From an uncultured delta proteobacterium (GTDB taxonomy: Bacteria; Desulfobacterota; Binatia; UBA9968): a DNA stretch of 64,000 bases. The position numbers and the translations under genes were made by a program. The stretch is from contig CAWJBB010000072.1 in NCBI GenBank assembly GCA_963840855.1, forward strand, positions 1 through 64,000, read 5' to 3'. Shown here in pieces: positions 1 to 11,302 of the stretch. The number at the start of each line of letters is the position of its first letter. Position 1 is the stretch's first letter. The notes below the pieces were generated by a model, which ran no database searches, was not told where the DNA came from, and saw nothing but the letters and a program-made list of their open reading frames with translations.

Positions 1-43
1 AGCGGGCAGGATCGGAGTAAGCCGTAAACCGGGAGGTTTTCCT

Positions 44-1096
44 ATGAAAAAGCTCGCCGTCACGGTCTTCTTTGGCATGCTGTTTACTTCAGGGTTGATC
101 GAGCACGGATTTTCGCAGTCTCCGTTTTATGAAGGCAAAACCATTACGGTTGTACTTGGAACGGCCGCCGGCGCTCTGGGAGATCTGCGGACAAAGGCGC
201 TTGTTGCCGTGCTCCGCAAGCACATTCCGGGAAATCCCACCATCGTCATTGAGTACATGCCCGGCGGCGGCGGCCGAAAGGCCGCCAACCACATGTACAA
301 GAGCGCGCGCCCTGACGGATTGACGATCGGCGCCATGCTCGCCGCTTTCGTGCCGACTGCCTTTCTCGACGTTGGGGTGCTTTATGATCTCGACAAGTTG
401 ATTTATCTAGGAGCGATCCAGAGCGGCGTCTCGCATGTTTTTTATACGCGCAAAGGGGCAGGGCTTGATACTTTGGCTAAGTTGCGCGCAGCCTCGGGCG
501 TGCGCATCCCAGCCCCCTCGGTGGGGCACATCACCTACTCCGGCGGGCGCATCTTCGCTTACGTTCTTGGTTTGAAACAGCCAAGATTCGTCACCGGATA
601 CAGCGGTCCGGAGCTCGATATTGCATTTTTGCAGGGAGAGACGGATGGCCGGGCGCAATCCGCCGACGCGTTTGTAGAGCAAAATGACGACTGGGTCGCC
701 AAGGGAATTATCGATCTACACACGATCATCGAGGTTCCCAAGGGAAAAAAACATACTCATCCACAGCTTGCTCGACTGCCCGACCTGGAGAACTTTGCTA
801 CATCGGACCGGGAGCGGAAACTTATAGCGCTATACCGGGCCTTCCGGATGGCGGGGCCACCACTCATCCTTCCTCCGGGGACACCCAAACAGCAGGTGCA
901 GATCCTGCAAGCTGCCGTGCGGAAGACTTTCGAAGACCCGGAGTATTCTAAAGAACAAAAGAAGCTAACCGGGGAGGATTCAATGCCCCTGATGCCAGAA
1001 GCATTTGAAAAGGTCGTCCGGGAATTGCCCCGCGAGCCCGAGACCATAGACCTGTTCAAGAAACTGTCCGGCGCAGACCCCTTTCCGCCCCGGTGA
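44..1096 (+). CDS. Tripartite tricarboxylate transporter (TctC/Bug family) substrate-binding protein
   Basis: Signal peptide; FYEGKTITVV, HIPGNPTIVIEYMPGGGG and PDGLTIG motifs; GGAGG RBS upstream. Confidence 0.85.
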   Translation: MKKLAVTVFFGMLFTSGLIEHGFSQSPFYEGKTITVVLGTAAGALGDLRTKALVAVLRKHIPGNPTIVIEYMPGGGGRKAANHMYKSARPDGLTIGAMLAAFVPTAFLDVGVLYDLDKLIYLGAIQSGVSHVFYTRKGAGLDTLAKLRAASGVRIPAPSVGHITYSGGRIFAYVLGLKQPRFVTGYSGPELDIAFLQGETDGRAQSADAFVEQNDDWVAKGIIDLHTIIEVPKGKKHTHPQLARLPDLENFATSDRERKLIALYRAFRMAGPPLILPPGTPKQQVQILQAAVRKTFEDPEYSKEQKKLTGEDSMPLMPEAFEKVVRELPREPETIDLFKKLSGADPFPPR

Positions 1097-1168
1097 AAAA
1101 GTAGGATCTGCTTTTCTCTAACTTAACCGTATTCAGTGCCTCTTGTGCGTAAAGGCATAAGGCCCTTC

Positions 1169-3316
1169 TTAGTGCGCCAGTGGATCGGGACGCAGTTGAA
1201 AGTGCACGGCGAGCGGTTTGGAGCCCTTGCCGTTCTCCATTAGCCACGACGCGCGATCGCCACTCGAGCTCCACAAGCCGCGGCCCTTCCAACCAGCCTT
1301 CGGGTCGTCGATGCGACCGTCGAAGCCTTTCGCATAGAAACCGAGCGGATAGGGCACGGTCAACAGAATCATTTTGCCATCTTTCATTGCGACCAGGCCA
1401 TGGTGCAAGTTGGCAGTGGACATCGGCACGTCCTCGCCGAGGCCAAACGTGTTGTGCTGATCGACCCAGGAATAGTAACTCGACTCCGCGCTGTTCTGTC
1501 CGATCCCCTGAAAACCGGGACCTGGATACTGGAAAAAAGACCAGCCCTCGGGGCAGTGATCGCCGGTCGCCTTGGGTCCGTTAAGTGGACCCTTGCACTT
1601 TCTCCGGTCGAAGCTCGCGAGGTGGCCGCTCGAAAGCGATGCCCACACGACACCCTGCTTGTCGATGTCGGCGCCGCGGATACCGAAGCCGGGCAGCGGG
1701 ATGTTGTAGATTTCAGCGAGCGACGTCTCCGAGGGATTCGGTCCCGGGACGAGGCGGACAACAGCCCCCGGAAACTCGCGGTTGGAACCCCAGACCGAGC
1801 CGTCGGCCGGGCTCGGCATCACGGCGTAGAAGCCGGCCGCGATGCGCTTGTCCTTGGTCGGATCCACCGGCTGGTTGGGCTCGACGTAAGCGTCGCGCTT
1901 GCCATTGCCGTTGGTGTCAAGAATCGCCGGCGTCCAGCCCTGCGCCTTCGCTGCGTCGCCGGTCTCGTCGAATATCTTCATGTCGAGCCAGCCGACGACC
2001 TGCCCGCCACCGCTGGTCCACAGTCTGTCGTTGGCGTCGAACTGCAAGTGATGCGTCCCGAAGCAGGTGTCAACGAAGGTGTACTTCATGGTCTTGGGAT
2101 CGAGCATCGATAGCTGGCGGTTGTTGCGCTCGGTGGGAAAAACTTTGGCCGAGGGATGATCCGAGCCTTTCTTGCAAAACGCAGGGCTGTCGGGACCGCG
2201 CACCGCCGCTGCGAACCACACGCGCCCCTTCCGGTCGAACATGCCATTGTGGTTGTTGGCCTTGCTCTTCCAGACGTGTTCGTCGCCCCAGTAAGGCGAC
2301 GGCTGCATCGGTTTTTCTCGCATCGAGACCGGCGTATCCGCATCGCGCACGGGAGCCGGAAAATTCTGAACCGTGTGGGTTTTCGGATCGAGGATGGGAA
2401 TGATGTCGACGCTGAGCTCGGTGGACCCGTAAACCGGCCCGTAGGCATTCACAGTGGGAAAACGGCGGTCCGAGGCGATCAAGTCGTGGAGATAATGCTT
2501 GTCGTCGAGCCAGTCCCAGGTGGTGACAACGATGTTACGCTCGACGCCCTGGGGCCGCGGCGGCTTCGCATGGGGCAGCTCGCCCTTGGCGATACGGTCG
2601 GTCCAGTCCGCGAGATAACGGATATTCACGCCACCCAGCTGTTTCATCGAGTTTGCGAACATGTTGACGCCCCCCTGGCCCGACTGGATGCGGCGAAACC
2701 ACGCTTCCTCGGAATTGGCGAACTTACCCAGCGGGAAAGGCACGTTCTGGGGAAACGTGCGCATGGCGCGCACTCCTATGGAATGGCAGTTAGCGCAACC
2801 GTTGGACTTCATCAGGTTCAGATAGTCATTCTGCGTCAACTTCGCCGGAAGTTTTCCTGTGCCGCCGAACTCGCTCTTGTCTGGAATCTTCATCATCGAA
2901 TACCAATAGATTGCCGGATAATATTCCGCCGCGGCGGCATCGTTAGGCGCGAGCGCGGCGGTTAGATTTACTATCTTGCCCGGCGCGGCCTTAACTTTCG
3001 GCGAATCGACCAGTCCGTAGCCGCGCACCCAAACACTGTAGTTTGCCTTCGGTAGATCGGGGAGCACGTAGCGGCCTTGATCGTCGGTGACGACGCTCCT
3101 CGAGAATCTCGTCGGCAGCTCGGTCGTCTCCGCGATCACCCAAACGCCGGCCTCCGGCCCCTTGGCGCTGGCGACCACGCCGCCGATGTCGTCGGCGTCG
3201 ATGCGGACCGCCGCTCCGCCGCCTGGTTCATCGCCCGACTGCATTGAGCAAGCCGCGATAAGTGCGGCGACGCCGAGCGCGAGAACAGCAAGGTAAAACC
3301 CTTTATTGGTTTTCAT
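1169..3316 (-). CDS. Lipoprotein with carboxypeptidase-regulatory-like domain, one c-type heme motif and a Vgb-like beta-propeller
   Basis: Lipobox LIAAC; VVTDDQGRYVLPDLP; CANCH at 2783-2797; propeller repeats (DRKGRVWF, DANDRLW, DKQGVVW). Confidence 0.7.
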   Translation of the reverse strand: MKTNKGFYLAVLALGVAALIAACSMQSGDEPGGGAAVRIDADDIGGVVASAKGPEAGVWVIAETTELPTRFSRSVVTDDQGRYVLPDLPKANYSVWVRGYGLVDSPKVKAAPGKIVNLTAALAPNDAAAAEYYPAIYWYSMMKIPDKSEFGGTGKLPAKLTQNDYLNLMKSNGCANCHSIGVRAMRTFPQNVPFPLGKFANSEEAWFRRIQSGQGGVNMFANSMKQLGGVNIRYLADWTDRIAKGELPHAKPPRPQGVERNIVVTTWDWLDDKHYLHDLIASDRRFPTVNAYGPVYGSTELSVDIIPILDPKTHTVQNFPAPVRDADTPVSMREKPMQPSPYWGDEHVWKSKANNHNGMFDRKGRVWFAAAVRGPDSPAFCKKGSDHPSAKVFPTERNNRQLSMLDPKTMKYTFVDTCFGTHHLQFDANDRLWTSGGGQVVGWLDMKIFDETGDAAKAQGWTPAILDTNGNGKRDAYVEPNQPVDPTKDKRIAAGFYAVMPSPADGSVWGSNREFPGAVVRLVPGPNPSETSLAEIYNIPLPGFGIRGADIDKQGVVWASLSSGHLASFDRRKCKGPLNGPKATGDHCPEGWSFFQYPGPGFQGIGQNSAESSYYSWVDQHNTFGLGEDVPMSTANLHHGLVAMKDGKMILLTVPYPLGFYAKGFDGRIDDPKAGWKGRGLWSSSGDRASWLMENGKGSKPLAVHFQLRPDPLAH

Positions 3317-3628
3317 ATTCGGCTCCTTTGATGACTGCTGGTTACGCCTGTCGACTAAGAAAATTATCCGACAAGAACGGGCTATGTCAACGAATAAGGG
3401 CGCGAAATCAAGCGGTCGGGCGTCTTTTTGATCTGATGTCGCTCACCTTTCGCCGCTCGTCGCATTTTCCTTCTCAATAAGTATCCAAGAACTCGCAAAC
3501 GAACCAGCACGCGATTGATGTATGTATAGTGTTGGCCGACCGGATAAAACGTGCTCGCGTCAGCCAGCGATTGTCTTTTCTTCTTCAATCCAATAGCCTG
3601 CGGTTCAATGCCGGGCGTTGTGACTGCT

Positions 3629-4450
3629 ATGAAGCGTTTTTTACAAAGTAAAACTCTGCGGTTCATCCTTAGTTCGGCGGTTTTCATCAGCTCACTGCTT
3701 ACCTTTACCTCTTCCGCCCAATCTTCGTGCCGGGATTTGGATGTCGCGCGGCGCGGCTTCGGATCTGTCGCCTACGCGGCGAACGTCGATGCGACGATTC
3801 AATACTTCGGCCACAATTTCTTTCTCATCACGACCACCAAGGGAACCCGCATCGTCACCGACCCATTGGGGCCGGGATGGTATCCGAAACCGAACATCGT
3901 CAGCGATATCGTCACCGTGGGCAAAGAGCAGTTCAACCACAATGCGGTCCACATCGTCCTGGGCAATCCGCTGATCCTGCGCGGGCTCAAGAACTACGGC
4001 GCCAGCTGGAACACCGTAAGCATGAGTTTCAAAGATACGTTCATTTATAATGTTCCCATTCATCAAAATGCCGACTTCATCGAGGGCATTCATGGCTCGG
4101 CATTCGTTTTCGATCTCGGGCCTCTGTGCATCGCACACCTCGGCGACTTGAGCCAAAAATTGAATGAGCAGCAGATCAAATCGTTCGGCAAGGTGGACGT
4201 TGCCCTCACGCCCATCGGCGGCCGGCGCACCATGGACCCAATCCTGGCCAGAGAAGTGCTGGCCCAGCTCAAGCCGAAAATCGCTATCCCGATGCATTAT
4301 CGCGACAGCGCCTACCTGGTGAGACAATTTACCGCAGGAATGAGAACGCAGCACTTAAAAAGCGACACCTTGGCGGTAAGCAAGGACGGCTTGCCTGCAA
4401 CGCTAGAGATCCGAGTACTGCAACACCACGGCATCGGTGTGATGGAATAG
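3629..4450 (+). CDS. Secreted MBL-fold metallo-hydrolase-like protein with altered metal motif
   Basis: YFGHNFFLI, IVTDP, HLGD and IPMHY motifs; signal peptide from ATG 3629. Confidence 0.8.
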   Translation: MKRFLQSKTLRFILSSAVFISSLLTFTSSAQSSCRDLDVARRGFGSVAYAANVDATIQYFGHNFFLITTTKGTRIVTDPLGPGWYPKPNIVSDIVTVGKEQFNHNAVHIVLGNPLILRGLKNYGASWNTVSMSFKDTFIYNVPIHQNADFIEGIHGSAFVFDLGPLCIAHLGDLSQKLNEQQIKSFGKVDVALTPIGGRRTMDPILAREVLAQLKPKIAIPMHYRDSAYLVRQFTAGMRTQHLKSDTLAVSKDGLPATLEIRVLQHHGIGVME

Positions 4451-4457
4451 GTTCTAT

Positions 4458-6002
4458 TCAGCGATTCCGCTTCATCGATTTCCCCAGCGCAATCAGAAAC
4501 ATCACGCTCTTGCCGGCGCCATGGGGCGAGAAAAATTCCGTGACGTCGTCATCGAAGAAGGTGAGCCCAGAGGCGCCGAGGCGCTGGGCATAGGCGGCAA
4601 GATAGAGTTTTCCGCCCATGATGCTCGCCTCGAGCTGTGCGGCGCGATAGCCGCGGTTGCCGAAGCGATCAAAAGCGCGATGGAGGTCCGCGAGAAAGTA
4701 AACGTTGACGCTGCAATCCGCCGGGATCGCCTGGCCCAAGCCGAGATGTCCCGCTTCACGGCGAAAGTCGCCTTCTTTAAGAAGCTCGAGCGCGCGGGTA
4801 TCGCGCCGGTAGACATATGTGCCTGGAGGAAGCCCATCGACCGCGTTGACGATCAAGTACAAATCATTCAGCGAGTCCTCCGGGTTTAAGAAATCCACTG
4901 GTATGCCGCGGGTGGCGCGGTCAAGCATCGTGGAGAGCTGCGCGAACGTGATCGCCTCGCGTGAAAACTCGCGGGTCGATCCGCGCCGGATAATAACTTC
5001 TTCAATTTTATCCTGCGGCATCGCTTCGTCATTGAATGGCTGCAAAACGATGCTTCGCAGCTCATTTCCGCCTTCATCCTTCATCCCTCCGCCTGTGTTT
5101 TCGCCGCGCCAGGCAATGACTTCCTCAGCGCTCGCCAAAGAGGACGCTTGATGCATTTCGCGCATCGCTGGGTAATCTACTTCCCTCTTCGATAGTGGCT
5201 CGGTCTCAAGCGCGAGGGGCTCTATCGCCGGTGATGGCCCCGCCGTTTGCGTCGCGGTATGACCCAACGCGACGAGAGAGAGCGGCGCCTCGCGTTGGTT
5301 ATCAAGGTTCAAGAGCTCGCTTACCGTGGAGTCGACGAATCCCAGAACGATTCTGGCTGGAAGTCTCCGCGCGGCCGCCGCCGCTAAAAGATTGGCGAGA
5401 ATCGTGCCACTGTCCCAGAAACAGTGACGATAGGCGCGGGCCTGGTATTTCCACGCATTACGCCAGAAAGTCGAAGCGCAAATCAGAATTGCCGGCGCGT
5501 TCACGACCGAAGGCTGTGTGCCGGCGGCGCTGACGAGCGCGCCCCGGTAGTCGCCTTGCCGCAGTCTTCGCAAGGAGAAGTCCTGAGGGCTGAAGTGATA
5601 GACCCCGGCTTCGAGGTCTTCGAGATCGCCGCAGACCAGATAGAGATCGATGTGATAAAGCGCGCCCGTGCAAGCGGCGGCGCGAAAGAGCATCTCTCCG
5701 CCCGGATAACTCCTGCGCTTGGTAACGCCCGCCGAGAGAAAAAACATTTCCGCTAGGGTTTGGCGCGTCGGGCTGACGACACCCTGCACATTAGCCGCAT
5801 TCACCGCAATCGCATCAAGTGCGGCCACTCCGGATGATGTCAAATGCTGATTTAAAGGAATAGGTTCAATATCACGGTAAATCTTGAACGAGATGGGTTG
5901 AATCTCCCAATCGAGATAGTGCGGGTTGGTCCGGATGCTCTGATAGGAATGCTTCGTGCCGTCATGGTAAGCCCACGCGGCCGCGATCTCACGGTTCTTC
6001 AT
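4458..6002 (-). CDS. SagB/ThcOx-family dehydrogenase (tandem nitroreductase domains), copy 1
   Basis: RAAACTGALY, WKYQARAYRH, RRGSTREF and GLTFFDD motifs; start MKNREI after GGAGG-like RBS. Confidence 0.85.
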   Translation of the reverse strand: MKNREIAAAWAYHDGTKHSYQSIRTNPHYLDWEIQPISFKIYRDIEPIPLNQHLTSSGVAALDAIAVNAANVQGVVSPTRQTLAEMFFLSAGVTKRRSYPGGEMLFRAAACTGALYHIDLYLVCGDLEDLEAGVYHFSPQDFSLRRLRQGDYRGALVSAAGTQPSVVNAPAILICASTFWRNAWKYQARAYRHCFWDSGTILANLLAAAAARRLPARIVLGFVDSTVSELLNLDNQREAPLSLVALGHTATQTAGPSPAIEPLALETEPLSKREVDYPAMREMHQASSLASAEEVIAWRGENTGGGMKDEGGNELRSIVLQPFNDEAMPQDKIEEVIIRRGSTREFSREAITFAQLSTMLDRATRGIPVDFLNPEDSLNDLYLIVNAVDGLPPGTYVYRRDTRALELLKEGDFRREAGHLGLGQAIPADCSVNVYFLADLHRAFDRFGNRGYRAAQLEASIMGGKLYLAAYAQRLGASGLTFFDDDVTEFFSPHGAGKSVMFLIALGKSMKRNR

Positions 6003-6287
6003 ATCGACCCTCCCGCCTGCTGATGTGATTTCTATCACTCGACGGCAGTGTGCACTAGCAGGCTACGCCTTGCAGTTTCATTCCCTACTCGACACAAATA
6101 ACGATGGTATTCGCAATTCAGCCTTGCCTGGCCACCCTGCGATATGTCACAATTTGATCACATGCGCGATCTAAAGTCCGGATTCGTTGATTGTCCGGGC
6201 ACACCGCTCGTCCTGATCCATGCGAAACATGCCATCATAACATCCGCCCAACGTGAAATCTGTCTCGCGAAGAATTAAAGGAGAACG

Positions 6288-7283
6288 ATGAACCGATTTG
6301 CTCTTTCTCTCGTCAACGGCCTGCTGGCACTTACGCTACTGCTTACCCACCCCTGTTGGGCTAACTCCGAGAAGCCGCTCATGGTAGGAGTCGCCGGACC
6401 GGCGATCAATATGGTCTACTCCTTTGTCACCCGGGATACCGGGTTCTGGCAAAAGTACGGGCTTGATGTGCGTGTAGTCGCCTTTGAATCCGGCTCCATT
6501 TTGGCTCAAGCCGCACTTGCCGGGGAAGTCAAGTTCTCGATCTCCTCGGGACCGGCGACCATCGCTTCGCGCACCCAGGGCGCGGATTCCATAATCATCG
6601 CTGCCGCGGTTAACACTCTGCCTTACAGCGTCGTTGCCGCCAAACAGATTACCAAGTGGGACCAGCTCAAGGGTAAAAAAGTCGCCATAAGCCGTTTTGG
6701 CTCGGGAACGGACACGGCCATGCGCATGGTGCTCAAGAGATTCGGCATGGACCCGGCTAAAGATGTAACCATTTTGCAGGTCGGCACGCAGCCCGCTCGA
6801 GTCCAAGCACTGGCCGCGGGTGCCATCGCTGCCACGCTCATTTCTCCACCCTTGGATCTCGCCGCGAAGAAGCAAGGCTATAATATTCTCGTCAACATCG
6901 CTGATCTCGGTATTCCCTATCCTCAAACGGTGATCGAAACCACCGATCGTTTCATCAAGGAAAACCCCCAGACCGTAAAACACTTTCTGAAAGGTTTCCT
7001 CGAAGGCGTTCGCTATGCCGCCACCCACCGGGACCATACCAAGAAAGTTATTACCAAGTATCTGATGACGGCCGACCCTGAAGTAGTCGAAGCGACCTAC
7101 GAGAGCTACCTGCAGGTCACCGATTACAGCGGTTACCCGAATCTGGAAGGTATTCGCAATGCCATCGACGAAGTGGCGCAACGCGTACCGGCGGCCAAGC
7201 ACAAACGGCCCGAAGAGTTTGTCAACACGCGCTTTTTGAAGGAACTCGAAAAAGACGGTTTCTTCAAAGAGCTGCACCCATAA
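6288..7283 (+). CDS. ABC substrate-binding protein (SsuA/NMT1-like), copy 1
   Basis: Signal peptide; GFWQKYGLDV and LKGKKVAISRFGSGTD; AAGGAG RBS. Confidence 0.88.
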   Translation: MNRFALSLVNGLLALTLLLTHPCWANSEKPLMVGVAGPAINMVYSFVTRDTGFWQKYGLDVRVVAFESGSILAQAALAGEVKFSISSGPATIASRTQGADSIIIAAAVNTLPYSVVAAKQITKWDQLKGKKVAISRFGSGTDTAMRMVLKRFGMDPAKDVTILQVGTQPARVQALAAGAIAATLISPPLDLAAKKQGYNILVNIADLGIPYPQTVIETTDRFIKENPQTVKHFLKGFLEGVRYAATHRDHTKKVITKYLMTADPEVVEATYESYLQVTDYSGYPNLEGIRNAIDEVAQRVPAAKHKRPEEFVNTRFLKELEKDGFFKELHP

Positions 7284-7360
7284 TGTAGCTCCGGAGTTAT
7301 TATCCCACCGTCAAAACCGCGAGCTTGTCGGCGACGCGACAAGCTCCTATTATATTAACC

Positions 7361-7969
7361 ATGTTGGATCGGACGGTCCGCGCTTGGGTCGCGTTTGCGT
7401 TCCTTGCGTATTTTTATGGCTGCGCCAGCGTTGAACCCGTTAAAGTGACTACCGAGCCGCGCGACCGGCTCGAGGATAAAATCGACAGGCTCATTGAGAA
7501 CGGCGCAAAATCCCCGGTGTCCGCGCTGACCACCGCTTTTACTGAAGATGAAGTGAATCATATTTTGGCCGTCCGCATGAAAGAAATGATGCCCAACGGC
7601 TTGAGCGACCCGCACGTCACTCTAGTCGGAAACGGCGCGCTGGTGGCGCGGGTTTTCGTCGATATGGATGAATATAAGCGCCGGCGCAAAGGGCGGGGCG
7701 GCCTGGGTCCGCTGACGCTAATGTCCGGCAAGCTCCCCGTCACTGCGCAGGGAACATTGCAAACTCAAGAAGGTCAGGGCCGGTTCAAACTTCACGGGGC
7801 GGAGGTCAACGGCATACCCTTGCCCGCGCCGCTGGTGCGGGAAATGATCACCTCGTTATCGCGCAGCCGGCGCAACCCCGAAGGGTACGACATCGAGAAA
7901 CCGTTCGCTTTGCCTGCCAACATCCGCGATGTGATTATCAATCCCAACGAGGCCGTGGTGACGCAGTAA
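7361..7969 (+). CDS. Hypothetical lipoprotein (FTEDEVN motif, possibly LmeA/YpmS-like), copy 1
   Basis: Lipobox-like FYGC after a hydrophobic stretch; conserved in all three copies. Confidence 0.65.
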   Translation: MLDRTVRAWVAFAFLAYFYGCASVEPVKVTTEPRDRLEDKIDRLIENGAKSPVSALTTAFTEDEVNHILAVRMKEMMPNGLSDPHVTLVGNGALVARVFVDMDEYKRRRKGRGGLGPLTLMSGKLPVTAQGTLQTQEGQGRFKLHGAEVNGIPLPAPLVREMITSLSRSRRNPEGYDIEKPFALPANIRDVIINPNEAVVTQ

Positions 7970-7974
7970 CGATC

Positions 7975-8221
7975 TCTCACGCCCATCGGCGGCAATCGCA
8001 CCATGGGGCCCGACCTGGCTAGAGAAGTCTTGGCTCAACTCAAACCCAAAATCGCGATTCCCATGCATCACCGTGACAATCCCTACCTGATCAAACAGTT
8101 TACCGCCGGTCTCAAGACGCAGATTCTGGAAACCGACACGCTGGCGCTCAGCAAGGATGCTTTGCCACCGCCGACGGAGATCAGAGTCCTGCAACCCCGC
8201 GGCGCGATGAATTATCGTTGA
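7975..8221 (+). pseudogene. 3' fragment of the MBL-fold gene
   Basis: LTPIGGNRTMGPDLAREVLAQLKPKIAIPMH matches the C-terminus of 3629-4450; no 5' part. Confidence 0.85.
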
Positions 8222-8288
8222 CGGCGTCAACGAAGAGCGTGATCGTGTTCGCGGGAAACCGGACATTAGGGAAATTGGAGTAAGAGAA

Positions 8289-9858
8289 CTATTTTTTGGA
8301 ATATCTCACGATTAACGCTTCTGTCTTCACCGACTTTCCCAATGCAATCAGAAACATCACGCTCTTGCCGGCGGCATGCGGCGAGAAGAATTCAGTAACG
8401 TCGTCATCGAAGAAGGTGAGCCCGGAGGCGCCGAGGCGCTGGGCATAGGCGGCAAGGTAGAGTTTTCCGCCCATGATGCTCGCCTCGAGCTGTGCGGCGC
8501 GATAGCCGCGGTTGCCGAAGCGTTCAAAAGCGCGATGGAGATCCGCAAGAAAATAAACGTTGACGCTGCAATCCGCCGGAATCGCCTGGCCCAAGCCGAG
8601 ATGTCCCGCTTCACGGCGAAAGTCGCCTTCTTTAAGAAGCTCAAGCGCGCGGGTATCGCGCCGGTAGACATATGCGCCCGGGGGAAGCCCATCGACCGCG
8701 TTGACGATCAAGTACAAGTCATTCAGCGAGTCCTCTGGATTTAAGAAATCCACTGGTATACCGCGGGTGGCGCGGTCAAGCATCGTGGAGAGCTGCGCGA
8801 ACGTGATCGCCTCGCGTGAAAACTCGCGGGTCGATCCGCGCCGGATAATAACTTCTTCAATTTTATCCTGCGGCATAGCTTCCTCATTGAATGGCTGCAA
8901 AACGATGCTTCGCAGCTCATTTCCGCCTTCATCCTTCATCCCTCCGCCTGTGTTTAAGCCGCGCCAGGCAATGACTTCCTCAGCGCTCGCCAAAGAGGAC
9001 GCTTGATGCATTTCGCGCATCGCCGGGTAATCTACTTCCCTCTTCGATAACGGCTCGATCTCAAGGGTCAAGTGGCTCGATGTCGGGGAATGGTCGGGCG
9101 CTTTCAGCCACGGTGTGGCCCAACGCGACGAGAGACAGCGGCGCCTCGCGTCGGTTATCAAGGCTCAAGAGCTCGCTTACCGTAGAGTCAACGAATCCGA
9201 GAACGACTTTGGCTGGAAGTCTCCGCGCGGCCGCCGCTGCTAAAAGATTGGCGAGAATCGTGCCACTGTCCCAGAAACAGTGACGATAGGCGCGGGCCTG
9301 GTACTTCCACGCATTACGCCAGAAAGTCGAAGCGCAAATCAGAATTGCCGGCGCGTTCACGATCGAAGGCTGTGCGCCGGCGGCGCTGACGAGCGCGCCC
9401 CGGTAGTCTCCTTGCCGGAGTCTTCGCAAAGAGAAGTCCTGAGGGCTGAAGTGATAGACCCCGGCTTCGAGGTCTTCGAGGTCGCCGCAGACCAGATAGA
9501 GATCGATGTGATAGAGCGCGCCCGTGCAAGCGGCGGCGCGAAAGAGCATCTCTCCGCCCGGATAACTCCTGCGCTTGGTAACGCCCGCTGAGAGAAAAAA
9601 CATTTCCGCCAGAGTTTGGCGCGTCGGGCTGACGACACCCTGCACATCGGCCGCATTCACCGCAATCGCATCCAGCGCGGCCATCCCGGATGACGTCAAA
9701 TGCTGATTTAAAGGAATAGGTTCAATATCGCGGTAAATCTTGAACGGGATCGGCTGGATCTCCCAATCGAGATAGTGCGGGTTGGTCCGGATACTCTGAT
9801 AGGAATGTTTCGTGCCATCATGGTAGGCCCATCCGGCGGCGATTTCACGGTTTTTCAT
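8289..9858 (-). CDS. SagB/ThcOx-family dehydrogenase, copy 2 (frameshift near 9065)
   Basis: ORFs 9061-9858 and 8289-9161 together align with copy 1. Confidence 0.82.
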
Positions 9859-10228
9859 ATCAGACCCTCCCGCCTTCTTGAATACAGAACTCTATCACTG
9901 GAAGGCTACCGTCCACTAGCAGTTTGCTGACAAGTCCGTTGAAGTCTTCGACATTCCCGTAGCATCTGACACCGTTGAATGTTATCACGCTGAGTATCTC
10001 GCAGGGGTCAATTCAGCACTTGCCGTGTCGCCACTCAGCGAGATTTGCTACTTCCCATAGTTTCGGCGACCGGTTATACTTATGCGCTGATCTTTAAAAG
10101 ACTTTTAGTCTTTCATCGATTCGTCATGAGAGCTAGGCACCGCTCGTCCTTGATTGCCATGGGAAAAATGCCACCATGACACTCCGCCAAAGCGTAAAAT
10201 TTGTCTCGCGAAGAATTAAAGGAGAACG

Positions 10229-11225
10229 ATGAACCGATTTGCTCTTTCTCTCGTCAACGGCCTGCTGGCGCTTACGCTGCTGACTTGCCTACCCCTGTTG
10301 GGCAAATTCCGAAAAGCCACTGATGGTAGGCGTCGCGGGCCCGGCGATCAATATGGTCTACTCTTTCGTCACCCGGGATGCCGGGTTCTGGCAAAAGTAC
10401 GGGCTTGATGCGCGTGTAGTCGTCTTTGAATCCGGCTCCATTTTGGCTCAAGCCGCACTTGCCGGAGAGGTCAAGTTCTCGATCTCGTCGGGACCGGCGA
10501 CGATCGCTTCGCGCACCCAGGGCGCGGATTCCATCATCATCGCTGCCGTGGTTAACACTCTGCCTTACAGCGTCGTTGCCGCCAAACAGATTACCAGGTG
10601 GGACCAACTCAAAGGCAAGAAAGTTGCCATCAGCCGTTTGGGCTCGGGAACGGACACCGCCATGCGCATGGTGCTCAAGAAATTCGGCATGGACCCGGCT
10701 AAAGATGTAACCATTTTGCAGGTCGGCACGCAGCCCGCTCGGGTCCAGGCATTGGCCGCCGGTGCCATCGATGCCACGCTCATTTCTCCACCCTTGGATC
10801 TCGCCGCGAAAAAGCAAGGCTATAATATTCTCGTCAACATCGCTGATCTCGGTATTCCCTATCCTCAAACGGTGATCGAAACCACCGATCGTTTTATCAA
10901 GGAAAACCCCCAGACCGTAAAACATTTTCTGAAAGGTTTCCTCGAAGGCGTGCGCTATGCCGCCACCCACCGGGACCATACCAAGAAAGTTATTACCAAG
11001 TATTTGATGACCGCCGACCCTGAAGTAGTCGAAGCGACCTACGAGAGCTACCTGCAGGTCACCGATTACAGCGGCTACCCGAATCTGGAAGGTATTCGCA
11101 ACGCCATCGACGAAGTGGCGCAACGCGTGCCGGCGGCCAAGTACAAAAAGCCCGAAGAGTTTGTCAACACGCGCTTTTTAAAGGAACTCGAAAAAGAAGG
11201 TTTCTTCAAAGAGCTGCGCCCATAA
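10229..11225 (+). CDS. ABC substrate-binding protein, copy 2 (frameshift near 10285)
   Basis: Same RBS and start as copy 1; ORF 10323-11225 nearly identical. Confidence 0.82.
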
Positions 11226-11302
11226 TGTAGCTTCGGAGTTATTACCCTACCGCCATAGCCGCACGCTTGTCGGCAACGCGACAAGCTCCTATTATATTAA
11301 CC

